Origin: the human T2T-CHM13v2.0 reference genome, Homo sapiens
Length of the DNA: 64,000 nt
NCBI RefSeq assembly: GCF_009914755.1
Contig: NC_060929.1
Reading direction: 5' to 3' (one strand)
Of the stretch, positions 20,473 through 48,453 are shown one piece after another. The position numbers and the translations under genes are program-made. How positions within the stretch are numbered: the first letter of the stretch is position 1; each line of letters starts with the position of its first letter. The notes under the pieces are model-generated. The model did not search any database. It was not told the origin of the DNA and saw only the letters and a list, made by a program, of their open reading frames with translations.

Positions 20473-21224
20473 TAAGGGAACTTGAGGGGAATAAGTTTAG
20501 TCTACATAAGTGCACAGATACAATTCAGGAATGGATATTTTTGGACAGGAATTATTTTTACCATTGTCATTTTGGCTAGTTACTGAACTGGCTCTTTCCC
20601 TGTCATCAGCTTATCAGCTATATCACCCCCCAACCCCCCACTCTAATACTGAAGCTCTTTTCAACTGGGCCCATGCAATTTAAGTGTTTCCTAGTTTGAA
20701 AAGAAAAGAGGAAGAGGGAGAAATGAAACTTCTGGAGTTGTATTGCTAAAGGAAGCTTGTCCTTTCAGACACTTTTCTACCAAATTTTTACTCAAACTTC
20801 CTCTTTTGTGGGCTAAGAGAGTTTTTTTCATATTCAGATAAAAAATATATTAGAGAAAACATGCAAAATCCACCACCTGAGTGTCTTGCATAACAGATGT
20901 ATTTCTTCACTTACATGAAGTTCATTTCTCCATCTATGCACCAGGTCCAATTTCTTCCCCAACATCTCTAGGGTACCTGGGAAAGAAACCAATGTTATAC
21001 TTTTAAAGAACAGCAGATCTTAAAATCAAATGATCATCTCAAAATGCAAAAGTATGGTTTAGAAGTAGGTGGAGGTACAGTAAATTTCTTAAAAATGAAT
21101 GCAAGACTAGTGTTAATATCATAAAATTGCAAATAATCTAAGTCTCATGTGCCATCAACATGCATCAAATAAAGATTCTGAGTAATCAAATAAAGATTCA
21201 GCAACCATTTATAAGAATATTGTA

Positions 21225-22328
<1,104 letters not shown>

Positions 22329-22589
22329 AAGAATGTTGTAGGTGCATATTTATTGATGTGAAAAGATCCCCAGGATAGAAGTGAGGAAAATGATCTTCAT
22401 CTTGAGTGTGACAATTAAAATACAAAAGATCAACAACCTTAACCCACTCTTGTAAGAAGGAGCACATACATACACAGACAAAAGCCTGAAAGGTTATATT
22501 TTTAAAATTGTTTAACAATGTGTCTCTTCTGGGCAAAGGAAACAGGTGATTTTTTTATCCTTTTTCTTTTATATATATACATCTTCTAA

Positions 22590-22895
<306 letters not shown>

Positions 22896-24478
22896 CTGTA
22901 TCTTGAGTGTGTTGGTAGTTATACAATTGTATATATTTGCCAATCTGAGGTATACCCGAAATGGGTGAGTTCTACTGTATGTAAATCATACCCCAATATA
23001 GCTGTTTTTACGAAGCATGCAACAAAACTTAAGAAAAAAACACTATCAAAGTATGTGGAAATATAAAATGTAAAGCTCTATAGAAATATAAAGAATTTTT
23101 CTTTAGTGCTTTTCTTTGAAAACAAAACAAAGAAGTGGCTGGCAACATGGCCAAATAGGAAGAGCTCCGGTCTGCAGCCCCCAGCGAGTTCAACGCAAAA
23201 GGTGGGTGATTTCTGCATTTCCAGCTGAGGTAGCCAGCTCATCTCATAGGGACTGGTTAGACAGCGGGTGCAGCTCACGGTGGGCGAGCCAAGCAGGGTG
23301 GGGTGTCGCCTCACCCAGGAAGTGCAAGGGGTTGGGGAACTCCCTCCCCTAGCCAAGGAAAGCCTTGAGGGACTGTGCCATGAGGAACGGTGCATTCCGG
23401 TCCAGATACTAAGCTTTTCCCATGGTCTTCACAACCAGCAGACTAGGAGATTCCCTTGGGTGCCTATGCCATCAGGACCTTTATTTAAAGCACAAAACTG
23501 GGCGGCCATTTGGACGAACACCAAGCTAGCTACAGGAGTTTTTTTTCATACCCTAGTGGCACCTGGAACACCAGTGAGATAGAACTGTTCACAACCCCCT
23601 GGGAAGGGGGCTGAAGCCAGGGAGCCAAGTGGTCTAACTCAGCGGATCCCACCCCCATGGAGCCCAGCAAGCTGAGATCCACTGGCTTGAAATTCTTGCT
23701 GCCAGCACAGCAGTCTGAAGTTGATCTGGGATGCTCCACTCCAGCTTGGTGGCAGGAGGGGAGTCCACCATTACTGAGGCTTGAGTAGGTGGTTTTCACC
23801 TCACAGTGTAAACAAAGCTGCAGGGAAGTTTGAACTGGATGGAACCCACCACAGCACTGCAAAACCACTGTAGCCAGACTGCCTCTCTGGATTCCTCCTC
23901 TCTGGGTAGGGCATCTCTGAAAGAAAGGCAGCAGCCCCAGTCAGGGCTTATAGATAAAACTCCCATCTCCCTGGGACAGAGCACCTGGGGGAAGGGGCAG
24001 CTGTGGGCGCAGCTTCAGCAGACTTAAACATTCCTACCTGCCGGCTCTGAAGAGAGCAGGGGATCTCCCAGAACAACACTTGAGCTCTCCTAAGAGACAC
24101 ACTGCCTCCTCAAGTGGGTCCCTGACTCCCGTGCCTCCTCACTGGGAGACACCTTCCAGCAGGGGTCAAGAGAAATCTCATACAGGAGACCTCCAGCTGG
24201 CATCTGGCGGGTGCCCCTATGGGATGAAGCTTCCAGAGGAAGGAACAAGCAGCAATCTTTGCTGTTCTGCAGCCTCTGCTGGTGATACCCAGGCAAACAG
24301 GGTCTGGAGTGGACCTCCAGCAAACTCCAGCAGACCTGCAGCAGAGAGGCCTGACTGTCAAAAGGAAAACAAACAAACAGAAAGGAATAGGATCAACATC
24401 AACAAAAAGGACATCCACACAGAAACCCCAACCAAAGGTCACCAACATTAAAGAGCAAAGGTAGATAAATCCGTGAAG

Positions 24479-25495
24479 ATGAAGAAAAACCAGAGCAAAA
24501 AGGCTGAAAATTCCCAAAACCAGAATGGCTCTTCTCCAAAGGATCACAACTCCTCTCCAGCAAGGGAACAAAACTGGACGGTGAATGAATTTGATGAATT
24601 GACAGAGCAGGTTTCAGAAGATAGGTAATAACAAACTCCTCTGAGCTAAAAGAGCAGGTTCTAACCCAATGCAAGGAAGCTAAGAACCTGAGAAAAGGTT
24701 AGACAAATTGCTAACTAGAATAATCATTTTAGAGAAGAACATAAATAACCTGATGGAGCTGAAAAACACAGCACGAGAACTTGTGTATGCTTTGTGAAGC
24801 ATACACAAATATCAATAGCAGAATTGATCAAGTGGAAGAAAGGATATCAGAGATTTTAAATCAACTTAATGAAGTAAAGCATGAAGACAAGATTAGAGAA
24901 AAAAGAATGAAAAGGACCAAACAAAGCCTCCAAGAAATATTGGACTGTGTGAAAAGACCAAACCTACATTTGATTGGTATACCTGAAAGTGATGGGGAGA
25001 ATGGAACCAAGTTGGAAAACACTCTTCAGGATATTATCCAGGAGAACTTCCCCAACAGAGCAAGGCAGGCCAACATTCAAATTCAGGAAATACAGAAAAC
25101 ACCACAAAGATACTCCTTGAGAAGAGCAACCCCAAGACACATAATTGTCAGATTCACCAAGGTTGAAATGAAGGAAAAAATGTTAAGGGCAGCCAGAGAG
25201 AAAGGTCGGGTTACGCACAAAGGGAAGCCCATCAGACTAACAGCAGATCTCTTTGCAGGAACCCTACAAGCCAGAAGAGTGGGCCAATATTCAATATTCT
25301 TAAAGAAAATAATGTTCAACCCAGAATTTCATATCCAGCCAAACTAAGCTTTATAAGTGAAGGAGAAATAAAATCCTTTACACACAAGTAAATGCTGAGA
25401 GATTTTGTCACCACCAGGCCTGCCTTACAAGAGCTCCTGAAGGAAGCACTAAACATGGAAAGGAACAACCACTGCAAAAACATACCAAATTGTAA
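24479..25495 (+). pseudogene. L1 ORF1p (disrupted)
   Basis: Fragments ...KRPNLHLIGIPE...ENFPN...RYSLRRATPRHIIVRF...KGKPIRLTADL; stops and frameshifts. Confidence 0.9.
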
Positions 25496-25558
25496 AGACC
25501 ATCGACACCATGAAGAAACTGCATCATCTATTGGGCAAAATAACCAGCTAGCATCATA

Positions 25559-29675
<4,117 letters not shown>

Positions 29676-30243
29676 ACAATGAGAACACATGGACACAGGG
29701 AGGGGAACATCACACACCGGGGCCTGTCAGAGTGTTGGGAAGTAGGGGAGGGATAACATTAGGAGAAATGCCTAATGTAGGTGATGGGTTGATGGGTGCA
29801 GTAAACCACCATGGCCTGTGTATACCTATGTAACAAACCTCCACGTTCTGCCATGTCCCAGAACTTAAAGTATAATAAAAAAAAGTACAAAGAAACAACC
29901 TTAGAATATATTCAGCTAATGATGATCTTCCTTTGATGAAAGGAGAAGTGGGTGTAAGCAAGGAGACAAAGAAATAATTGTTATCTGTTCCATTGATTTC
30001 TTTTACCTGTGTTAAATTTTATATAACAGTTCAGAGGGAAATATATATCCTCTAAGTTATTTTAATACTGTTCTCTGATAAATACTTAGAAAATAAAGGG
30101 AAAAAAAACTTCCTCATCTCCAGCACAAAACTCCGCCAATGGAAAACTTGCGAAAGAGCCATCAGGTGTTAAATATTTGAAAAATCTTCAAGTCCACATT
30201 TTCTGCCTCCAGTGACACTTTGTAAAAACTGAATCTAAGAGGA

Positions 30244-30561
30244 TTTTTCTGTTTTTATTTTTATTTTTATTTTTTATTTTTAGAGAGAGGGTCTTGCTCT
30301 GTTGCCCAGGCTGGAATGTAGTGGTGTGATCATTGCTCACTGCAGTCTCGAACTCCTGGGCTTAAGTGATCCTCCCCTCAAGCCTCCTGAGTAGCTGGAA
30401 CCACAGACATGCACCACCACTCCTGGCAATTTTTTTTTGGTAGAGACAGGGGTATCTCATGATGTTGCCCACTCTGGTCTCTAATTCCTAGGCTTAAGCA
30501 ATCTTCCTGCCTTGGCCTCCAAAAGTGCTGGGATTACAGGTGTGAGCCACCACACCTGGCC
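30244..30561 (-). mobile_element. AluJ
   Basis: Reverse dimer; TSD about ctaagagg / ctaagggt. Confidence 0.9.
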
Positions 30562-31090
30562 TAAGGGTTGTTAAATACTTGCATGATAATGTATATTAAT
30601 AAGTGGTAGTTACAGTCACAAGGCTGTTTGAAAAATAATAAGTGGTAGAGCCAGATTCTATAGTCTGATGGAGCCTGAATGCCTGGTCATCACCCTATAC
30701 TGCCTCAAAGAGAAGTTCCCTGCAAACGAATAGACAGTAAGAGTCAATGAGGGGATGGTAGCTATGAAGGAGGAGGAAGTCCTTTGGAAATAAGAAGTGG
30801 TAAAGGTGGTGGCCACACAGGGAGGAGGAACCCGACGGAGAAATGGCAAGGAGCTGAATCAGGTCCTCCTTTCATAGCGGTGGCCTGGCTGGCCTCTGGT
30901 GTCCCTTTCCATGGACATGGGGGGAGGGGTGACCACATGACACAATTGGGACTGTGTTCAGGGTGACTGCTCAGTTTGTCTGAGTCAGGGATGAGACATT
31001 TGTGTGCTAAGAACTCTGAATCTCTGGGCTGAAAGGAGTAGCTACAACCCTAATTGTTAAGCTACTCTATATTCAGCAGACCATTGACTA

Positions 31091-31445
<355 letters not shown>

Positions 31446-31518
31446 GTACAAATATAAAACAAAACTACTCTACATTTACATTTTGTTTCTAATGTGTCTT
31501 GTCTTCCCCCTTTCACAG

Positions 31519-31539
31519 GTTTCTGGGCTCCTAATATTG
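31519..31539 (+). other. Candidate 21-nt micro-exon, or the acceptor of a terminal exon
   Basis: Branch-like ttctaat, polypyrimidine tract and cacag|, then 21 nt, then |gtaaga; downstream AATAAA at about 31719. Confidence 0.3.
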
Positions 31540-31955
31540 GTAAGAGAGCCCTGAATCCATCATCTCTGCTTCGTCACAAATTCCTTTATTAAAGACGGTA
31601 GTCTGGAAGAGTTGAAAAACCTACAGACCACAAAGGTTTACACTGCCTTTATACCATTTAATTTCTGGGGGATGTTTTTATAGATAAATTCCATTGGTTT
31701 TATATTAGTATTATTACAAAATAAAGCATGGTTATTATTCATCTGTTTATTTCCTACAAAGAAAAAAAAGGTAAATTGCATATGGTCCCACCACTAATCA
31801 GTAGTTTGTGATGTAGATCCTGCCAGTCATAATCACAAATAGTATACATATGCTTTCTAATCAGCTTTTTTTTCAGGTACTGCACCTGAACATGTTTCAA
31901 ATTCACCATATGAACATGTTTCATATTCTTAAATTTTAATTTAAACTTTACTACG

Positions 31956-32403
31956 TTTTTTTTTCTTTTAATTGAGACCAGAGTCTCACTCTGTCACCCA
32001 GGTTGGAGTGCAGTGGCACAATCTCAGCTCACTGCAGCCTCAACCTCTCAGGCTTAAGTGATCCTCCCACCTCTGAACCTCCTAAGTAGCTGGGACTACA
32101 GGCACCCACCACCACACCCGGCTAACTTTTGTACTTTTTTGTAGAGACAGAGTCTCACTATATTGCCCAGGCTGGGTCTTGAACACCTAGGCTCAAGCGA
32201 TCTGCCTGTCTCAGCCTCCCAAAGTGCTGGCTTACAGGCGTGGGCCACCACACCCAGCCTTACTAAGTATTTTTTCTTTCTTTTCTACAGATGGGGTCTC
32301 ACCATGTTGACCAGGCTGGTCTGAAACTCCTAACCTCAAGCAATCCTCCCATCTCAGCCACCCAAAGTGCTAGGATTATGTGCATGAGTCACTGTGCCCG
32401 GCC
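31956..32403 (-). mobile_element. Tandem AluJ (31956-32259) and FLAM (32275-32403) sharing one target site
   Basis: Three TSD copies: ttactacgttttt, ttactaagtattttt, ttactaagtattttt. Confidence 0.9.
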
Positions 32404-32832
32404 TTTACTAAGTATTTTTAATATCATAATGATTGTTTGCATTCTGCATGGGTATGTTATAATTGACTTTATATAAGTCCCCTTTATGGGATAGTTAGAT
32501 TTTCCCCCTCCCCAAATTTTTACTATTAGAAACAATATTTAATAACACCACCTGAGGTAATTTTTTCAAAAATATTAAAACTTAATCTAATATTTCCTAG
32601 CAAGCAGAAAAAAAACTATTTGAAGGAAATTAAAAATAATAATAATAAATAGAAAATTGTAAGGCTGAATCTAATAAACCATCTAGCTCCAACTTGAAGG
32701 TTATAGGAAATGAAACCATATGAAAAGTCCACGATGTGGGACATTTTATAGAAAAATTCATCTAGTATCTTCAACAAGTCAATGGCATGATAAAAAGGGG
32801 GAAGTCACTATTCTAGATAAATACTTAAATAA

Positions 32833-33210
<378 letters not shown>

Positions 33211-33349
33211 GAATTTGTTTAAAATACCGCAGGAAAAAAAATAAGGGAATCAAATTTAATAACCACCACTAAGCCTAAATCAAGGTGATGAATAAATGCA
33301 GGCTTACTTCGGTGCTTTCCATTTTATCTGTGCTTAAAAGAAAAATATC

Positions 33350-34130
33350 TGAACTCTTTTATTTTAACAAATTCCAAACATGTAAAAGTAGAAACAATAT
33401 TAAATGAGCTCCCTTTTATCCATTACGCAGGGTCAACAATCATTAGTTCACGGTCAATATTGCTTCCTCTGTATCACCTCCCATTTCTCTATCCCAGATT
33501 GTATAAAACAAATCCTACACCTCATATCATGCCATCTGTAAGTATTTTAGAATGTATGTCCATAGAACAAGAACTCTTTTTTTTTCCCTTCCATGATACA
33601 GCCTCAGGAGGTCCTGAGAACGTGTGCCTGAGGACTCTTTTTTAACATAATCAAAATGCCATTATTATGCCTAAAATCATTCAATAATAATTTCTCAGTA
33701 TCATCGAGTAAGCATAAGTGTTTAAATTTCCCTAATTGTCCTAAAATATTTTTCAGTTTTATGATTTGTCTGAATCAGAATCAAAGTAAAATTGATATAC
33801 TACAATATGCTTTTTAAGGGTCTTTTAATCTACAGATGCTCTACCACCTCTTTTTCTTTTTTTTCTTTAAATTTTTGTTGAAAAAACAGGTTAGTTGTGC
33901 CCTAGTGGTTTCTAAAATCTAGATGTTGCTGATTCTGTTCTCACAGTGTTGTTTAACATGTTCATCTTTCCTTTGTATTTCCTATAAATTGATCATAATC
34001 TACGAACTTGATAAAATCTGATTTTTTTGGCAGAGTTGGGAATGTGACTTTCTGTCAGGAGGCACATTATGTCTGCTTGTTTCTCTTTTGTGATGTTAAG
34101 AACTATTGGTGATCATTGCTTAGCTCCATT
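33350..34130 (-). mobile_element. Ancient L1M (MC/ME) 3'-end remnant
   Basis: Reverse-strand motifs (ttccaaacatgtaaaagtagaa, cataatcaaaatgccattattatgcctaaaa); subfamily uncertain. Confidence 0.55.
33577..33628 (-). mobile_element. Retroposed 43-nt ERV1 (MER4-group) LTR R-region hairpin RNA with an A-tail
   Basis: Sense GGCACACGTTCTCAGGACCTCCTGAGGCTGTATCATGGAAGGG then an A-run; TSD aagaactctttttt (33569-33582) / gaggactctttttt (33630-33643). Confidence 0.75.
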
Positions 34131-34399
34131 AAAATGCCTGAAAATTTTTATTATATAAAATCAAAAAATAAATTTTAACACTTAATAGTAGAAAATGCAA
34201 ATAGGAAAGAGGTATTCCTATATTTACTAACATGAAAATAACTGAGATATATTGGCACATGAAAAAAAAGTTGGGAAATATTATGCATAGAATAATCCCA
34301 TATATTATTACAATTATGTGTATGTAAATATGCACATGGGAATATAAATGTACAGAAGAAAATCGTTAGGCAGTGGGTGAGTGGGTGTATGAATAGTGA

Positions 34400-35185
<786 letters not shown>

Positions 35186-35194
35186 AAAGAAAAA

Positions 35195-35915
35195 GGGAAT
35201 GCCATTAATTTTTATATGTTGATTTTGTATCCTGCAACTTTACCGATTCGTTTATCAGTTCTAGGAGTTTCTTGGTTGAGGTTTTAGATTTCTCTCTATA
35301 TAAGATCACATCATCTGCAAAAAATAAATAAATGACCTTTTCTAATCTGGATGCCTTTTATTTCTTTCTCTTGCTTGATTGCTCTGGCTAGGACTTCTAG
35401 TACTGTGTTCAACAAGAGTGGTGAAACTGGGCATCCTCACCGGGGCAACAGAGCAAGACTGTCTAAAAAAAAAAAAAAGGCAGCCTTGTCTAATTCCCGT
35501 TTTTAGAGAAAGGGCTTTCAGCTTTTCCCCATTCAGTATGATGTTAGTTAGTATGATGGGTTTGCCTTATATGGCCTTTATTATATTGAGGAATGTTTCT
35601 TCTAAGTTCCTAGTTTGAGAGTTTTTATCATGTAAGGATTTGGATTTTATCAAATGTTTTTTCTTTGTATATTGAAATGATCATATGGTTTTTGTCCTTC
35701 ATTCTGTTGATGTGATGTAGCACATTTATTCATTTGCATATGTTGAACCATCTTTACATCCCTGGGATAAATCTCAATTGATCATGGCATATTATCTATT
35801 TGATGTGTTGTTGGCTTTCGTTTCCTAGTATTTTATCGAGGATTTTTGCATCTATGTTCATCAAAGATGTTGGCATGTAGGGTTTTTTTTGTTGTGTCCT
35901 TGTCTGGTTTTGGTT
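35195..35915 (-). mobile_element. L1MA-type ORF2 fragment containing a tiny 5'-truncated Alu at about 35440-35478
   Basis: Reverse ORF2: [19 protein letters not shown]. Confidence 0.85.
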
Positions 35916-35920
35916 TGAAG

Positions 35921-38785
<2,865 letters not shown>

Positions 38786-38861
38786 TGCACAGGTAGATCC
38801 AAAATCAATCGTTAAGTAACAAAACAAGTTACAGAACAATATGCATAATTTGGTCTTCTTT

Positions 38862-39550
38862 TAAAATTTTATTTCAATCATTTTGGGAGAACAGGTGGTG
38901 TTTGGTTACATGGAAAGGTTCTTTTGTGCTGATTCCTAAGATTTTGGTGCACTCATCACCTGAACAGTGTACACTGTACCCAATGTGTAGTCTTTTATTC
39001 CTCACCCTCCTCCCACTTCTCCCCCCAAGTCCCCAGAGTTCATTATATCATTCTTATGCCTTTGCATCTTCATAGCTTAGTTCCCACTTATAAGTGAGAA
39101 CCCATGATGTTTGGTTTTCCATTCCTGAGTTACTTGACTTAGAATAATGGTTGCTGTGAATGCCATTATTTTGTTCTTTTTTATAGCTGAGTAGTATTCC
39201 ATGGTATATATATAAAACACATTTTCTTTATCTAACTTGTTGGTTGATGAGCATTTAAGACTGGTTCCATATATTTGCAATTGTGAACAGTGTACTATAA
39301 ACATGCTGTGCAAGTGTCTTTTTCATATAATGACTTATTTTCCTCTGGGTAGATACCCAGTGGTGGGGTTGTTGGATCAAATGGTAGTTCTACTTTTAGT
39401 TCTCTGTGGAATCTCCACACTGTTTTCCATAGTGGTTGTACTAGTTTACATTCCCACCAGCAGTGTAGAAGTGTTCTCTTTTCACCACCTCCAAGCCAAC
39501 ATCTGTTATTATTTATTTTTTAATTATGGCCATTTTTGCAGAAGTAAGGT
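38862..39550 (-). mobile_element. L1PB-type 3' end
   Basis: gaacaggtggtgtttggttacatgg...gattttggtgcac; TSD about ttggtcttctttt / ttgatcttatttt. Confidence 0.88.
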
Positions 39551-39738
39551 TGATCTTATTTTTAAAAGCACAACACAAAACAAAATGTATATGGGTATTT
39601 ATATTTGTATTTGCTTAGGAAAAATTGTGGAAGGGATACACAGGCAACCATGAATTGCAGTAATCACTTCACTATGGAATAAGAAATGAGATTGAAGAAA
39701 ACACATTTTCTAGATGTGATTAGAAGTAGTCTCTATAG

Positions 39739-41282
<1,544 letters not shown>

Positions 41283-42025
41283 CTCTAGAATCAAAATGAA
41301 TATATCCACAGCCTATTTCCACCACTTTCAAGTTATTTAAACACAAGTACATTTCTGAATGCCTCAATTTCTTCACCTATGGAATCTGGATGATAGGAAT
41401 ATTTTACTAGCAAAGTTGTTGTATAATCTCCTCAGAACTATACTTATATATTGATATAATTATTTCACCTCTTATTTAATACTTTGTGTACTTTTTAAAT
41501 TTTGTACAATAAACATGTATTTCCTTTGTAAGTTTTATAAAATATATTTTTGAAAGCTAAAACTTCTCTGGTTTTGTACAGTCTTTCTTCCATGAATAGA
41601 AAAAAATTCACTTTGAGTCCCACTTTTCCCTCTACCCAGTTACAAGTTAAGGCTGACATTATTACATGGGCAATGGTGTAAAGTCAGAAATGGCTGACCT
41701 GTGGGTTCCTAAGAAGCCTGAGACTTCTCCGGCTTAAGCTCACATTTTTGCAGTGAGGCACTACTGGATACCTTCCTGGGCCTCTAAGGCTATTTATTTC
41801 CTTGAGCTATTTTCCTTCCCCTCTCACATACCTGAGATGTTCCACCCTTTAGAACTATCATGACCTGCTGTCTTCATGGAGCTTAGCATCTAGAGGTGGA
41901 GAAAGAGAAAACAAGTAATCAACTAATGTTGTAACAGATGCTATGAATAAAAGAAACAAAGCTGCAGATTAAAAAAAAAAAGGTTGGCAGAAATATTGAT
42001 CAGAAACAGTCTTTCTGAGAAAATG

Positions 42026-42480
42026 ACTATGACGGTGAATTTTATGCATCAACTTGACTTGGTCACAGGATGCCTACATAGCTAAACATTATTTCTAGGT
42101 CTATCTGTGAGAATATTTCCGGACAAGATTAGCATTTGAATTGGTGGACTGAGTAAAGCAGCTGGCCCTCCCCAATATGAGTGGACACCCTCCAGTCTGT
42201 GAGGACCTGAATAGAACAAAAAGATGGAGGAAATTAACTCTGCCTGACCACTTGAACTGGAACATCAATCTTCTCTGTTCTCAGTGAATCTGGTTTGCAG
42301 GCCTTTAGACCCAGACTATCATCTACACCATCAGCCCTCTGTCTTTCAGGCCTTTGAACTACCCTACCAGTTTTTCTATGTCTTCAGCTTGTAGAACAGC
42401 AAACCAAGGGACTTCTCAGCCTCCATAATTGCATAAGCCAATACCGTATAATAAATCTCTTCCTTTATAGGTAGAGAGAG
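42026..42480 (+). mobile_element. MLT2B-type ERVL LTR inserted in an L2 remnant
   Basis: gaattttatgcatcaacttgact...gattagcatttgaattggtggactgagtaaagcag...gggacttctcagcctccataattgc. Confidence 0.85.
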
Positions 42481-42840
42481 AGAGATGGCATGAAATGAGC
42501 CAAAGGCATAGCCTTGCAGATAGAGGAAACAGAATGTGCAAAGACACTAAGTTGAGGAATAACTTGGAATTTCCTAGACATATAAAGAAAGCCGGTATGA
42601 CCAGAAAGCAGTGAGTGAGAGAAAGATGGTGTGGACCATATTTGAATAACTACCAGAAAAAAGCCATATGACACAGGCCAAAGGAAGAACTGGGGGTTCA
42701 TTCTAAGGACTATGTATAGATGGATTGTGTAATATAATTCACATTTTAAGGATATTGCTTTATCAGAAATGGAAGAATAATGGCCCTATAGTGCATCAAG
42801 CCTTCCTCTTGTTGGCTATTATTAAAAATGGCATCAGTGA

Positions 42841-42960
42841 GGCTGGGCATGGTAGCTCACATCTGTAATCCCAACACTTTGGGAGGCCAGGAGTTTGAGA
42901 CAAGCCTAGGCAACATGTAAGATCCTGTCTCCACAAAAAATTTTTATAAAATGAATTTTT
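42841..42960 (+). mobile_element. FLAM-like monomer with an internal deletion
   Basis: TSD about aaatggcat. Confidence 0.8.
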
Positions 42961-42995
42961 TAAATGGCATAAGGGCTCTTTTCACTCTAAGGGGT

Positions 42996-44406
<1,411 letters not shown>

Positions 44407-44449
44407 GGAGCTTGCTGCTAAAGACTAAAAGGAGACTGACAAATATTAA

Positions 44450-45640
44450 TATATTCAACAGTATTTACTGAGTGCCAGCTATGTGCCATCCAGACATCAG
44501 AGCAGGCCCAAGAAATACAGGGATGAATAAGACATCACAACTGCCCCCAAGGAGGTCATAGGCCAAAAGAAGAGAAAGACCTTTAAGGAAATTGCAGTGT
44601 AATAAATGCAAGAATAAAAACACATGCAATGCGGCTGGGCACGGTGGCTCACACCTGTAATCCCAGCACTGTGGGAGGCCAAGGCAGGAGGATCACCTGA
44701 GCCTGGGAGTTCAAGACCAGCCTGGGCAACATGGCAAGACCCAGTTTCTATAAAAATAAAAATAAAAAACACATGCAATGTATAGAATGGCAAAGAGGAT
44801 GATATAGAGAGGTCTATCAGGAAAAGATGAAGCCTGACCAGGGTACTGAGAGGTGAATGGGAGTTTATGAGATAAACGAAGTTATGCTAAGCCATGGAAC
44901 TGGCATTGCAATAGAGCAAAATGAGAAACAGCATGGTGTATGTATAGGATAATGAACCTTTTGGCTTGTCTGGAGGATAAAGTAAAAGAAACAGGAAGAA
45001 CCAAGAGTGGACAGTGACCCAAGAAAAGGTGTAGTCCTAGGGGCCACATTAAGATGCATCAATTCTCTAGGTCATGAGGTAAAAGACAGAATCCTCAGCA
45101 GGAGAGAAATATGACACATACATACTTTAAGGTCATCTCTGCAGGCGTTGCATGGAGAATTAGCTGAAGGAAAGTGAAGGGAGAGAGAGAGTAGACAGGT
45201 GAGGCTAATGCAGTAATCTAGTCCAAGTTAACCAAATTAGAACTGAAAGTGCAGCTGTGGGGAATGGAAGGGTAGTTATGCATTAAAGGCAGTCATGGGA
45301 TATAATCAATAGGCTGTACTTATTGCTTGCAGTGGATGGAAGAAGAGCTTTGGGAAAGAATGAAGCAAGATGGAAAAATCCAGGCTACATCTGGTTTTTG
45401 GACTCAAAGCTGTTTGTGGAAGAAGGAGGGGCTTTAAAAGGCTAAGTTCACGTCTGGACACAGAAGGCGGCAGCTGACTGTGAAATACCCAGGTGGAAAT
45501 GTGAAGCTAGCAGTTAACAACTGGTTCTGAAGCTCAGGAGAGACATCTGACTGCAATAGAGATTTAGGAATCTCCAGTGAGTAGGGAAAAGATGCCTAGA
45601 AAGAAGTATGCACTAGGTTGAGTCCTGAGGGACATAAACA
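44450..45640 (-). mobile_element. L2 remnant containing a FLAM at 44633-44765
   Basis: attcaacagtatttactgagtgccagctatgtgcc is the L2 3' end; FLAM TSD aaaaacacatgcaatg. Confidence 0.7.
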
Positions 45641-45695
45641 CGAAAGGATAGAAAAAGAGGAGCCAGCCACCGCTGCTAAGAACAAAAGTAGAGGA

Positions 45696-48453
<2,758 letters not shown>

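Noticed and set aside
21165-21199. Direct repeat atcaaataaagattc, two copies
   Set aside because: An ordinary short tandem duplication.
23143-23152. L1 5' YY1 site reads caacatggcc rather than caagatggcc
   Set aside because: The ATGG core is retained, and the single substitution in an old dead element supports no functional claim.
30700-30860. Purine-rich stretch resembling a Gly-rich processed pseudogene fragment
   Set aside because: No sustained frame, poly(A), TSD or recognisable protein match.
31531-31620. Minus-strand acceptor followed by a 29-codon frame (VFQLFQTT...YQY*)
   Set aside because: Weak pyrimidine tract, no upstream exon partner and no recognisable protein.
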